Source: Oculina patagonica | Lineage: Eukaryota | Length of the DNA: 64,000 nucleotides | Reading direction: 5' to 3' | Assembly (NCBI RefSeq): GCF_052425735.1 | Contig: NC_135763.1 | Location: 17,438,298 to 17,502,297, forward strand | Part shown: piece by piece, positions 12,411 through 24,830 of the stretch | Numbering within the stretch: position 1 is the stretch's first letter | How the letters are laid out: each line of letters opens with the position of its first letter | Notes under the pieces: generated by a model | Database searches by the model: none | What the model was told of the DNA's origin: nothing | What the model saw: the letters and a program-made list of their open reading frames with translations, nothing else | Program-made: the position numbers and the translations under genes

Positions 12411-12877
12411 TTATATGGCTGCATTTCCTCCGCGAAGATAGGAAATTGTTAAACTAAACTACAAAGAAACTGTAATGATAAGTTCGAAGAACAATGCACA
12501 GGATAAACCTTCGACTCGTACTTCATGCAAAAACGTCGATATCTCGAAGAGACTTTGATTGAAATAATCAGCAGGTGCTGGTTTTTGGATCAACACCGAG
12601 CCTTAGTCCATTTTCACCAACTTCATAAAACAAGTTGCACTTGCCTTTTAATTTTTTGTACCCTTGGTCATTGTTAGCCAACAAAGAAACATGTGTCATT
12701 TTGCTGTAACCACTGACTACGTTCCAATCACAATATGTTTGAAGTCACAATGGACATTGGTGGCTCACTTACTTTATAAAGAACTTGCTGTTAGCTTCTG
12801 CTGTATTCTAAGAAGCATTCAAGATGTCTTTTTTTGTTGATAATTTAACGCAAACTAACCCTTCTTCCATTTCCCAG

Positions 12878-13160
12878 GTTTCTTGAACGTGCCCCACCTG
12901 GTTGGAAGCCAGAACCACAGGAACCCCCTCCTCCCCCTGTGGCCTCCCAGTTAGCTGCAGCGGCGGCTGCTGCACAGCAGCTCGTCAACAAGCGGGGCCC
13001 TCCTGGTGAAAGGCACTTCCGCCAGCAGCAGCCACCTCCCATGAAGGCGTGCCTGTCCTGCCACCAGCAGATTCACAGGAATGCCCCCATCTGCCCGTTG
13101 TGTAAAGCAAAGAGTCGTTCTCGACACCCAAAGAAAACCAAGAGAAAGCATGAAGACTGA
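12878..13160 (+). CDS. ZC4H2: ZC4H2 terminal exon (…[44 protein letters not shown])
   Basis: Acceptor CCCAG at 12877 and stop TGA at 13158-13160. The C4H2 zinc-finger box [28 protein letters not shown] is essentially identical to human ZC4H2. Confidence 0.92.
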
Positions 13161-14270
13161 GAGAGTTGATGACGGTGGTCGTGTAAGAGGGCTTATTAAA
13201 AGACGGGCTTCAATAGAGAATCAAGTAGATTTTGGCAAGTATTCGTATTTACTGAAACGTTTAATATAAGAAAAACGTTTCTGTTAGGCGCTATTTAAAA
13301 TTGTATTCTGTGTACTGAACTACCGCTTAAGCTAAATGTTCGTAGAGTCATTCGAAATCACTTTTTCGTGTTAAAGGACTTCCCGAAGTCAAACTTGCGT
13401 TGCTGCGCGCATCTTATGACCGCAAAATAAAACAACTCGCTCCAAAAATACACTGAGATACATATTTATGAAACAGTTATTTAAAGAATTGTTAGAATAT
13501 ATAATCATTAATATATGCTAGCCTTATTTATTTAATATTGAGTTAGGCACAATTTGTAATCATAAGTGACGTCGAGATAAAAAGAACTTAAAATCTATGA
13601 CTACACGTAAAGTTTTAACAGTTAGTAATAGTTTACTTGATATAATCATGCTGTAATCGAGAATATTTAAAGAAAAGTAGTTGTCAAGTTATTAAATAAA
13701 TGTATAAACGAAAAGAAAAGTACTGCTTATTTGTAGTTACGTTCGGTCCGTTCTTTTTCTGCGAGCAACTTCCTGGGAAAGATTTCCGTATAGCCGCATG
13801 CTTGAGTATACATTCATGTACGTGTGCAATTTCTTCTATATACGTCTTCACACGCGAACAGCAGTCATCATGAAAAGAACGAGATTAAAGAGGCTATGTC
13901 ACGGTATTTTAAGTCATTTTTCGGATTCCTTTCAAATTGAAGGACAACCTCAAATAGACTGTCCACAGCCTCTCGATTTTTCAACGCAGAACGCAAACGA
14001 AGCGAGCGCGAAGCTCGAGCGCGAAGCTCGAGCGCGCGTCGACTGATTTTTCAACGCAAAAACGCAAACGAAGCGAGCGCGAGCGCGCGCGGGGAGGGGG
14101 GCGGGAAGCGATCAAGAACACGAAAAAATAGAGGGGTATGGACAGTCTAAACCTCAAAATAATAGTTTTCTAACGTAGAAAAACACCAATGGAGAAATAA
14201 GGAACAAAAAATAATGGAGGACGGTTTCAACTGACAAAGCGGATTACAGCAAGGCGCCCAAAAGTGTGAC

Positions 14271-14390
14271 CACTTTTAATTTATTCACATTCTTTCGTGC
14301 AGATTTTTCAATCAGAAGTCAACTGCAAGCTATCCACGGCTTTTGATTGGATTAAATCTGCACGAAAGAATGTTAATAAATTAAAAGTGG
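14271..14390. repeat. hairpin/foldback: 37-bp perfect-ish inverted arms (CCACTTTTAATTTATTCACATTCTTTCGTGCAGATTT) around a ~45-bp spacer
   Basis: 14271-14307 is the reverse complement of 14354-14390. Confidence 0.8.
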
Positions 14391-14750
14391 AGAAATAGGT
14401 TTGAGGTTCCATCTTAGACGCGAAATAAAATACCGCAGTTTTTGTTCTTGTTTTTTGTTTGTTTGTTGGTTTTTTCAGCATTTACCTTTGGGTTACTATT
14501 TAAAGTGACAGCTGAAGGTTTCCAATTGTTTATTTAGCGTTGTTTTTTCGACTTTTAACTAGTTTTCAACTTCAAATGACATTTCTTGACGATAAATTGC
14601 GTTAGTGTTGTTGGTCAAATTGGTTTTCAGGTTAAATCTATTCCCAGCCTCAGTCAGTCTGTTTCAACCTAAAGATGACGTCGGTGACAATTAGAAAGTA
14701 ATCCAAACTGACAAAACTTAAGACGTATTCTAAACAGTTATTGGATGAGG

Positions 14751-14856
14751 TTTTTGTGATATCCGGAATAATCAAGGTCGAGCAAGTGTTATCAGCCGAA
14801 GCCGAAGGCTGAGGCTGATAACACTTACCGAGATCTTGATTATATATCACAAAAAC
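14751..14856. repeat. palindromic MITE-like hairpin with ~45-bp arms and loop core GCCGAAGCCGAAGGCTGAGGC (family member 1)
   Basis: TTTTTGTGATAT...TGTTATCAGCC | loop | GGCTGATAACA...ATATCACAAAAAC. The same loop and stem-base recur at 62454-62550 in the opposite orientation. Confidence 0.75.
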
Positions 14857-15214
14857 CGATTTAATAATTGTTTTATTATACATTGTTTTTCTGAAAAAAA
14901 AAATAAGGACAAAACGACTACAACCGTTCTACTAATTCCTACTTGTCGTCTTGCTTTTGAATGCTTTTCTCTCAAGGTATTCGTGGAATAGTTCCTCCGC
15001 AATCTTTGTCGGTCATTCTGTGTTTTCCGAGAATTTATTGTCCAGCAATTTTTCAATTTAGGTTAATGTTTTGCTCGGTTGAAGAAGCGAATCGACGAAC
15101 TATGAATTTCCTTCGTTGTCAGATTTGTCCCACATTCCTCTCGGAAATCATGCATTGCGCGCCCAACCTACAGAGTAGCGAATAATCTGCTAGCAGATTA
15201 TTCACTAACACCGT

Positions 15215-15434
15215 ATTTTCTCGATTAAACGCCCCCGGCGTTTATTTCAAACTTGGCCCTATAGGGCCGGCGTTTATTTGAATTCAGGAGTTTTTTCATT
15301 ATATTTTACAGCTATATAATTAGACATTATTTTTAAAGCATATTCAACCTTTAATAATTGTGTAAGGGGTTGATTTTCAAATACAACTTGGAGACCCGGC
15401 GTTTATTCGGGGCCCGGCGTTTAATCGAGAAAAT
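15215..15434. mobile_element. small MITE-like element, TIR ATTTTCTCGATTAAACGCC(C)GG...
   Basis: 15215-15262 is the reverse complement of 15388-15434. The GC-rich CCCGGCGTTTAT motif is repeated internally 4 times. Confidence 0.6.
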
Positions 15435-16434
15435 GTGTAGGTTGCGCTGATTCTCGGAATTAACTGTAGGCTCTTAGCCAATGAGAAGACAGATAGTGAC
15501 TACAATGTATAATAATAAGAGTTAACTTCAGGTTGAAACAGTGTGACGTATCGTAACGTAGGTTGGCAACAGATGTAACCTGAAAACCTGGAAAACCAAT
15601 TCGCACTTTAACAATTAGTACTGCATATTTTTCTGAAAGCGCTCGTGAAATCGCCAAACGCGCGAAAATTTGACTGATGAATGAAAATTATATCGTGAAT
15701 TGCATGTAATACGCGCGCAATTGATTGCAAAACGAGCCGTTCAGTCGTAAAAAAGAAGAACAATTGAAGCCTAATTGCCATGTCAACAGACCGTGAATAC
15801 AAACCTCTTGACTGGTTGATTTCTATTGTTTACGTACGTCATTAAACTATATTGAATTTTAAAGCAGGATCAATGAAGAAAGCGATATGTTTTCTTACAA
15901 GATATATTTGTTTTTTCAAAGTTTTTAATTTGTTGAGTACACTCAAAGAGGGAAAGGGCGCTCTATAAGTTTGTAAGATTTCTGGCAATGATAAGATTTA
16001 TTGATAAAAATTGATGTATTCAAAGAAACAAAAGATTCGCCGATTTGCTTTCTTGAACAAAAGAGCTATAATAATTGATTATGGCAAGGCTGAATAATCA
16101 AAATACCGCATACTGTTTGGTGCATGGGCAAGCAGGAACTAGTACGCCGAGCGATCGATCGTAGCGGTTTAATGTACCAAAGTAGGAACACTTAGCACGT
16201 TCATTGAACAGCGAAATGGGCTTGTAAGAAGCCCTAGATTAGCAAAATTGGCGCGGAGATGGTATTTAAAAGAACGTAAACGCAGTCATTTACTGTAAAC
16301 ATAACGGAGTGTGACATCTAGCCATAGAGTTTGGTTGCTACCGTACCTCACTCTATCGCCTTGAAAGATATTTGATGAACAGACGGCTACCAATGGACTG
16401 TTAATTAATTTCCAACTATTTCTGAAGTTTCGAG

Positions 16435-16904
16435 ATGGGAAACGGTAACACAAAGGCGGGAACTGTTCGAAAAGTTATGCAAGCTAACAAGAAATTCAGA
16501 GCGGCGCTTCAGCTTTGGGAAGACGATCGCTCCGATAGAGAGCCGTGGAAAACGATTCTCAGGAATGGACCGTCGGCTGTGTACCGCAAAAGAAAGGAAC
16601 TTATTGAATTCAAAGACGAAGAATTGATGGAATACTTCAACAATCTTCTCCAAGGACATATACAAGCAGATTCAAGATGGAGTCTTCCAACAAGAGAAAT
16701 TGCTATATTTTTGAGTTCAACTTTCACAGACATGACAATAGAACGGGACTTGCTAATGGAAGACGTGTATCCATATTTGCGAGAATTTTGTCGACGGTTA
16801 GGGTATAATTTCAGTGTAGCGGACATGAGGTGGGGAGTGCGTGACGAGATGACAGACGAACATCAAGCGGTAGAGATTTGTGTGACAGAAGTTCAAAGGT
16901 GCAG
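16435..16904 (+). CDS. NWD1/NWD2-like (NACHT and WD repeat) gene, exon 1: MGNGNTKAG… with an N-myristoylation-type MGxxxT motif and the start of a DUF4062-like region (IAIFLSSTFTDMTIERDLLMEDVYPYLREF)
   Basis: ATG at 16435, a 470-nt open frame and a GTAAGT donor at 16905. IFxSSTFxDMxxERDxL is the DUF4062 signature that starts NWD1 proteins. Confidence 0.8.
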
Positions 16905-17215
16905 GTAAGTAAATTGTTCATGCGTTTATGATTGTTTAGGCAAATAATAGTTAAAAAATAGCAGAGTGCATTTCTCTTCCTAAATGGCGTGTGAGTTTTT
17001 TAAACAACTTTACAAAAAAAAAAAACACATATTAATTGTTTTAAGATGTGATGTCCGTGACGTGCATGTATTCGCAAGAAAATCTAAAAATAATGTTGCT
17101 TAGTAACCTTTAAATAAATAATTGAACGTGTACAAAAATCTGTTATCATTTTTCAATACTTTATAAATGTTGAAGGATAAGGTCTCGATTAGTTGCGAAC
17201 CAATTTACCACCTAT

Positions 17216-17700
17216 CTTATTACATGAAATTTTCGCGACACGTTAATTTCGCGAATTTCGCGATTCTAAAAAAATCGAGAAATTAAAGTAAGTGTCGCGA
17301 ACATAACATGACGCAAACAATAAAGTGACTAACATATGTCAATAATAAAAAAAGAATAAGTTTATTACCACTGAAGGAAGGAATCTTCAATGTAAATTGA
17401 TGTTGTCGTCAATCGATTCAAGAACAATTACTCATGCACGACTTACAAGCATGACCTACTTGTAGACATTGTGAGAACTGCTCTCTTGTTGCTCTCGCCG
17501 AGAGTTTGTCCCACCGTTGCGTTTTTGTTAATTTTGGCGTAATTGTTCTTTCCTCGTTTCAATTAATTCAAAGACATATGTTAAAATAAAATATTATTGC
17601 CAAGGAAATGTTAATTGAAACGCGAAATTAAAGTGATTCACAATACAATATTTTCGCAAAATCGCGAAATTTAAGTGTCGCGAAAATTTCATGTAATAAG
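17216..17700. mobile_element. MITE-like element, ~485 bp, TIR CTTATTACATGAAATTTTCGCGACAC(G)TTAATTTCGCGAATTTCGCGA
   Basis: 17216-17265 is the reverse complement of 17650-17700. Confidence 0.65.
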
Positions 17701-18320
17701 GTACTTAGTATTTTAGCAAACAGAGATGTCCCAAAGATAGTGACTTGCTAAACTCCATAAAGTGTCTTGCCTACGTAATGCCATTATCAAAAGTATTGCC
17801 TTATTAGGAAAAAAGGTTTACTTCCGGGTGGTTAGCAAATGTTCACAAATGTTTATGAAGATCTTATAAACTATTTTTCCTGTCAGTAATTGATTGACAT
17901 ATATCTGGTGGTAGTTGTGCACAACAGTGTCTAGCATATGTACAATAGTGTATACGGATAAGGGCATAAGGGTCCATAAGAAGAATGAACACACTCGTTC
18001 ATACTGCGCTGTCCTTACTTAGGAATCACCGTTATATAATCATGAGCGTAAACACAAGAAGAACGAACAATTTTGTTTTCTTGTGCCTATGACAGTGTTA
18101 TGCCAATGCAACGACTACGAGGACAACCTAAGGAGAATAAGTTTGTTCGTTTTTCTTATGCTTGTGTATATGCTCAGTAAAAACCACTGCAGCCTTAAGA
18201 AAACAACATAAGAAGGACCTCTGCTGATTAGACCATTTTGCTTTTATGTGTGCGATAAAACAATAATCACAAAGTTCATCATTAATTTGCGTTAATCTAC
18301 ACTTGATGCTGTTTTACCAG

Positions 18321-18968
18321 GAAAGAGTCTGTAGGACCTTACATGGTTTGTCTCATTGGTGACAAGTACGGCTACAGACCAGTTCCTGTCAAGATTGACG
18401 AGGAAGTCTTTGAAATGCTTTTGGGAAGCGTCAAGAGTAACAGTGGGAATAAAAACGCCTCCGAATTATTGGAAAAATGGTACAAACTGGATGAAAACAG
18501 CGTCCCTGCAGCCTACGTCTTACTGCCGATTTCAACATTCTTTCCTCACGCTTATAAGCACGCTGTTGACGTCGATGATGCAAAGGCGAAGCAAGAAAGA
18601 CAACAATGGTGGCAAACTCTGGTGACAATGAGAGAAGCTTTGAAAAAGGCTGCGAGTCAGATAGATTTTACCGCCTTTCCTGGCTGTGCCTTGACGGAGG
18701 ACGATTTTAAGATATCAGTGACAGAAGAGGAAATTACAACTGGTATTAAAGGGGAGGACATGGACCCTAATTACATGTTTCTATTTCTTCGGTCCCTTAA
18801 CGGGTTAGAAGAAGTTAATCCGAATAATAATGGATTTGTAAAGCGTTTTGTAGATGTTGACGAGCGTGGGAGGAAATCGCAAGCTACAACTGGAGATGAT
18901 GCAAAATGCTTGCTGGACAAGCTCAAGGATGACTGCCAAGGGTTTATACCAAAAAATAACATCTGCAG
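18321..18968 (+). CDS. NWD-like exon 2 (…KESVGPYMVCLIGDKYGYRPVPVKIDEEVFEMLL…DKLKDDCQGFIPKNNIC)
   Basis: Acceptor at 18320 and donor GT at 18969. The phase is continuous with exon 1, and the sequence continues the DUF4062-like domain. Confidence 0.8.
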
Positions 18969-19793
18969 GTGAAAAAACAACTTAACTTAATATTCTAATT
19001 ACATCTTGTTAGATGCATCTCACAAATTTGGGTCGCAGATTGACGTCTTGAGTTGCGACATCTAGCTCCATGATTTCTTCATTTTAGCTTAGGAAAAGAA
19101 AAGCAACGAACTTTACAAATTATGATGATTAAGTCGAGGAGTGTGTAATTTGGCTTATAAATTTGTGTTTCAAAGCTTCTTATATTTTCTGAATTTTATA
19201 TAGTGTCCAGATATTTTTGTTATATAGAGTTGTCGAGAAAAGCTCTTTATCTAAATCTGATACCAAATGGAATTGCACATGCATGTAGGTGAACCGATAT
19301 GCCATGTGCTTTGTTTCAACCGATAGGAAAACCCTGCAAAATGTTCCTCCAAAGTTTTGCACATCTTAAAAGCATTTGGTGTTTGTAAACCCGTCTGCCT
19401 AAAGGTTCATAGTCATATTCAGTGACTTATCGGGTAAAGGCACTCAGTCTCTTATGAAGGGCAGGTGTGGCTTGGCCATTCACAATGTAAATATATTGCT
19501 ACTTTGACTGGCAACTGTAAAAAAAAAATCTCATTCTAAACACCCTTCAGTTAACATAAAATTGTAAACACGGACTTGATCAATGCGGACAGACTGCACT
19601 TTTTTGAAAACTTTTTTTTAGTCAGTAACTCGCTGATGAAAATGGTATGAGAAGCTAGCATCCGAAATTCATGAAGCCAGAATAAGAGAATAAGATGAAC
19701 AAATCAAAGTCCCTTTAATTTCAACGATATGAAATACTACTACAGAGGTTTATTCTAGTCCTCGTTTAATTTGGATACTGTTGTGTCTTTCAG

Positions 19794-19912
19794 ATATAGC
19801 CTTGACTTTCACGTCACCAAGGATGGTCACATTGACACAAAACAGAACAAAGAAGAAATAAAGACATTCTGTGACAAGTTTTGCCAGTTAATGGTCGACA
19901 GCATTCAAGAAG
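19794..19912 (+). CDS. NWD-like exon 3
   Basis: Acceptor TTTCAG at 19793, donor GTTTGA at 19913, phase-consistent. Confidence 0.65.
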
Positions 19913-20155
19913 GTTTGATAATTGCTTCATGTCTTTTGAAGGTCAAATATGGCCTTTTAGCCAAATTACCAATTTCATTTTCATACGTATGCAAGATTTC
20001 CGTGTATTGAGTAAGGTAGAAAACCGAAGATGCTTAGGTCAGCATGTACGCAAATCAATGACTAACGATTATTAACGTAGTATTAATCAGCATGCAGTTT
20101 TAATAGATTTGTATTTATTCATGAGCATCGCTGTGTTTATTTATTTTTCTACCAG

Positions 20156-20271
20156 CTGTGGCCAAGCATAAGGTAATTAACGACCCTCTGTATCTTGAAG
20201 TTCTGCACCATGCAACAGTGGCAGAGAAAAGAACCGAGGCATTTGTTGGCAGAACACACCCTTTGATAAAG
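20156..20271 (+). CDS. NWD-like exon 4 (AVAKHKVINDPLYLEVLHHATVAEKRTEAFVGRTHPLIK)
   Basis: Acceptor ACCAG at 20155, donor GTAACT at 20272, phase-consistent. Confidence 0.65.
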
Positions 20272-20406
20272 GTAACTACCACATCTTATAAGTTGACCCA
20301 CAAGTATTAAAACTTGTGCCAAACAAGTTTTGGCAGCAGTCATCTGGTCATTTGTCCGATGCGTTATTCTAAATCTCGAAACACTACTTTGATTGTATCT
20401 TTTCAG

Positions 20407-20442
20407 ATGGAAGCATACCTAAAGATGGAGAACGGTGAAAAG
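20407..20442 (+). CDS. NWD-like exon 5 (MEAYLKMENGEK, a 36-nt microexon)
   Basis: Acceptor TTTCAG at 20401-20406, donor GTTCGT at 20443, phase 0 to 0. Confidence 0.55.
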
Positions 20443-20542
20443 GTTCGTGAACACATATTTATTATCTGTAGTGAAGGACGGGGTTTGCTAAAGGTTGGGT
20501 GTTAAAATAGTACTAACTTTACAACACTGTCCTTTTTTAAAT

Positions 20543-20646
20543 CGCCTTTTCTAACCAAAGAGAAGTCAAGACACAAAAGTAACGTCATTGTAAGGTATCA
20601 ATGACGTTACTTTTGTGTCTTGACTTTACTTTGGTTAGAAAAGGCG
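20543..20646. repeat. 48-bp-arm palindromic hairpin (MITE-like) in an NWD intron
   Basis: CGCCTTTTCTAACCAAAGAGAAGTCAAGACACAAAAGTAACGTCATTG and its reverse complement are separated by 8 bp. Confidence 0.8.
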
Positions 20647-20870
20647 ATTCACTATGGCCAGAAGTTAAACGATTCAACAAAGCAACAATGCTGTACGTCT
20701 AGAACGGATTATAACCCCCAACTTTTATAGCTGAGCTACTGGATGTATTTGGCGGGGGAGACGTTTTTGTTGGTTTGTTTGTTTGTTCTGTTGTTTTTGT
20801 TACCTAGAACTATTAATTTTAAGAATGGTTTTTTTTTTCTTTGTTACTTAACTCACTATTCATTTGTTAG

Positions 20871-20971
20871 CCTTTCATTGTTCATGGTATATCGGGATGT
20901 GGAAAAACATCTCTCATGGCAAAGGTGTTCACGACGTCCCTTGAAAATTGGAGTGGAGTCGACACTGGAAG
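20871..20971 (+). CDS. NWD-like exon 6, the NACHT Walker A/P-loop: PFIVHGISGCGKTSLMAKVFTTSLENWSGVDTG
   Basis: GxxGxGKT(S) P-loop. Acceptor TTGTTAG at 20870 and donor GTAACT at 20972. Confidence 0.85.
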
Positions 20972-22408
20972 GTAACTATACTCAATATTATTAATATACA
21001 GCATCGCATAGAAACTTATACTACGTTGATTATTTTGTTGGTTTTTATAGTCTAGGAGCCAAGTCTGAGAAATGTTCGAGTCGTTGCACCCCCCTGCTAT
21101 ATTTGTGAGAAAAGCAAAAAAAAGACATATTAACATCTAAGTAGTACAGAAAAATATTTTTTATTGATGGGCTAGCGGGACATCGCTCCGAAATCGGCAT
21201 TCCCGTACGGGTACCGTTTTATCCAATTATGCTAATTTTTCAAACCTGAGAATTTGTAAGAGCCTGTACAGTGCAGTTTGGAATGCTTGATCGCACAATG
21301 CTAGAAGTCAAGTCATCTGTGTTGATGGGCTGTATTGTCTCGCTTTGACACTCTTTAGTGATGCTTTGTTGTATAATTGTTGCTGCGTGATACCGTGTTG
21401 CAATGTCATTGTCGTGTCGTAGTGGTACTCTCCAGTTGACGACAAGCATAAGACTTTTCGTCTTTGGCTAACTTGTTTAATACAGCAGACACGGATATAG
21501 CGCTTGGATACACCCATTCCTATATTACTATTTTGCGTGATGAGCATTTCCTTGGTTTTTGAGATTATTATTAGAGGGGGCGTCTTTTAGACACGGGTCG
21601 TTTATTAGAGAGGGGCGTCTAATACAAACTTTACACTTCAGGGGAGGCATTTATTAGATACGAGGCGTTTATTTGAGAGTGTGCGTTTATAAGATCATTT
21701 ACTGCAGTCCTTTTTAAACTTGAGCAAAAACTCTTGAAATAAGTCTACAGAACACTGGGCGCAAAATATCAAATTGCAGTTCCAACCAGGGTCTTAATTA
21801 AGTTCTTGTTATAATTAAGATAACTTTATTTTTACTGTTAATACTAACTCTTTCAGTCTGGGTTCCTAGAGATATTTGTGAGGCGAGTGTGACTCTCCAC
21901 GTGTAGAAATATGGGTAAATAAATCACGATATTGTATAAATGTAATTGCTCACGTGAGAAAGTGCGACATCTTGGAAAACAATATTTAAGGAAATGATTC
22001 AAGTCAATATTACATATAACTGCTGCGTAACAGGAACTCCTCTGAATGACTGTCTCAAATGAATGATTAATTTTTATATGCTTACACCCTGGCGTTCTTG
22101 TTTACTAATTTGGGAAAATAGACTAATAAGTTTTTGAACAGGAAAAGAAGTCCACGTCCAGGAAGCTAACATAAACAAACATTTCATTGAACAAAATTAA
22201 TTTGGAATACTTGCGCTGCACAACTCTGCTTGGCAACTTTTCGTGATTTTTTTTTTTTTTGATTAGAACATAGAAAATTGATGTTTGGCCATTAAATAAT
22301 TTACAACATTTCCTACCAACAGTTCCTATAGAAACAGAAAAATAAACTTATGCTTAATGATGTGACTAACGTTAGAGAATTTTGACTTAATATTGTATAT
22401 CCTATTAA

Positions 22409-24183
22409 GGTCGCGGGGATCTATACAGCATGAATAAATTCATGAAGCGAAATTTTGCTTGACATGCATCTTTTAAAACGCTTATTCCTCGGTTGTGATG
22501 AATGCGATTTATTAAGCTCAAATTTTACAGAGACATAAAGAAATGATAAAAGATTATGTATGTCATCTTGTATTTGGTAGATTGTACCTACGGCGATGTT
22601 ATAGCCACGATACTGCCAAATTGGGAAGAACATGATTTCGTGGCAGAGTTTGTAGAACGAGTAGGAGACAGCACACTGTGATCTTGTCAAAAACTAATCA
22701 GTCAATATCTCTAGAGTGTCATAACAGAAGCGGATTTTTTAATTTAAAGTTTTCCAGCAAGTTATGGCGGTTTAAATGTGCAAATTTTAATTGAATGCCT
22801 TCTACCTCTTTCTAAAAGCGCTCTTTTAAAATTCCGCCTCTGTTATGACACACTACAGTATTCCTAGTTTACCTCTCTGCAGTGGCAGCTCATGAAGTTC
22901 TATATCCGCGCTGAATTCTCTGCCACAAAATTGTCGGAAAAGTCCAAACTTTGAGATTTCCGAAGGTGTCCCGATCAAAAAATGGTTTAAAAATGATAAT
23001 TTTGGTAATTATATTCCACGCTTTAATGATGAGAACAATGCGTTTTCAAAGAGACAAACAATTCCAGACGCAAACACATCAAATCACGCGCGCGTGCTCA
23101 TATTTTTTATGCACTCCCGCAATATCTCGTCGTTAAGGTCGCGGGGGATACCAACAGCATGAATAAATTCATGAAGGGAAATTTTGCTTGACCTGCATCT
23201 TTTAAAACGCTTATTTCTCTGCTGTTATGGGTGCGATAAAGCTCAAAATTTACAGAGACATAACGAAATGATGAAAGATTGTGAATGTCATCTTTTATTT
23301 GGTAGATTACATTTTACGGCGATGTTATAGCCTCGTTAGTGCCAAATTGGGAAAAACATGATTTTGTGGCAGAGTTTGCGGAACGAGTAGAAGACAGCAC
23401 ACTGCGATTTTGTCAAAAACTAATCAGTCAATACCTCTAGAGTGTCATAACAGAAGCGGATTTTTTAATTTAAAGTTTGCCAGCAAGTTATGGCGGTTTA
23501 AGTGCGCAAATTTGAATTTAATGTCTTCTACCTCTCTCTAAAAGCGCTCTTTTAAAATTCCGCTTCTGTTATGACACACTACAGTATTCATAGTTTACCT
23601 ATCTGCAGTGGCAAGTCATGAAGTTCTGTATCCGCGCTGTATTCTCTGCCACAAAATTGTCGGAAAAGTCCAAACTTTGAGATTTCCGAAGGTGTCCCGA
23701 CCTAAATACGATCATTTTGCCAAGGAGAGATGTAATTATGGTAATTATATTCCACGCTTTTATGGTGAGAACAATGCGTTTTCAAAAAGGACACGATTGT
23801 TTATGCCGAATATTTTTGTGATTACTCTGAGTACAATAGTTGCAGAAATAGTCAAATTTAAATAAAAATAAGCTCAAAGACTTCCTACAATCTATATGAA
23901 CGTATGTCGCTAAGTGTTGTTTTAAATTGGTTAAAATATCAAAGAAACAGGGATTTTTTACAAGTCACGCGCACGCGCTCATATTTTTGTCCGGTCATAA
24001 ATATCTCGTAAAGTTGTCGATGTGAGTCGTTGTACTTCGTGCATACGCTTTAAATAAATGCATAATGATGAGCCTAAGGTGTCCCCCGCGACCTTAAGTT
24101 CTCGATGTCAGTCGTTGAACTTCGTGCATACGCTTTAAATAAATGCATAATGATGAGCCTAAGGTGTCCCCCGCGACCTTAAG
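22409..24183. repeat. 728-bp tandem repeat (2 copies, the second with a ~150-bp insertion) plus a terminal 2x ~60-85-bp tandem, inside an NWD intron
   Basis: The unit starts at GGTCGCGGGG at 22409 and again at 23137. Each unit contains an internal inverted repeat (GAGTGTCATAACAGAAGCGG … CCGCCTCTGTTATGACACAC). The tail at 24040-24183 repeats …GAGCCTAAGGTGTCCCCCGCGACCTTAAG twice. Confidence 0.8.
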
Positions 24184-24614
24184 ATTTGAAAATCAGAGGC
24201 AGAACTAAGATTTGCATAATTCACGTAGCGTTAATTATGCAAATGTGCCCAGTAGAAAATGCCCCATAACAGTGTGATGTCCCGCTGTCCCATCAATAAA
24301 ATACGTCATTCTGTATTCCTTAAACATTTTCCTACAATGTTGTGCTATTCAGACAAATATAGCAGGGGGGTGCAACGAAATTCATTATGTCGGCCTCTTT
24401 TCAGCCTTGGCTCCTAGACTATTAAAACTAAGTGTTCTACAAATCAGGTATGGCAAATCGCACAGAACGACCAAAACGTACTCCACCTAACAAAATTATG
24501 GGCAGCCCTTTTTAGTCATAGAATTCTGGTTCCTTTTGACACTACACGGTAAGAAAAACTTGTTTTTACTTACCGAGGCTTAACGATCATTTTGTATTAA
24601 TTATCCGTCTGCAG

Positions 24615-24696
24615 GCCATTTCAGCTCATAAGATTCATTGGAACTTCACCTTCCTCGACCAATGTGAGATCGCTACTGAGAAGTCTATGTCATCAG
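24615..24696 (+). CDS. NWD-like exon 7 (RPFQLIRFIGTSPSSTNVRSLLRSLCHQ)
   Basis: Acceptor CTGCAG at 24614, donor GTAACG at 24697. Phase 2 into 0, matching exon 6. Confidence 0.75.
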
Positions 24697-24830
24697 GTAA
24701 CGCGGATAGTGTATCTACAAAAGCATTAATGAAGCTTCTATATCCAGTAACCATTTGGAAAAAAACAGCCCTTTATATCTTGAATGGCTTAAAACTCTTC
24801 TTGTGTACTTGTTTTACTCCACTACTGCAG

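Noticed and set aside
12845-13151. Minus-strand ORFs overlapping ZC4H2 exon 4
   Set aside because: They are antisense to a well-supported conserved exon, and their poly-Ala/Gly content reflects the GC-rich sense codons.
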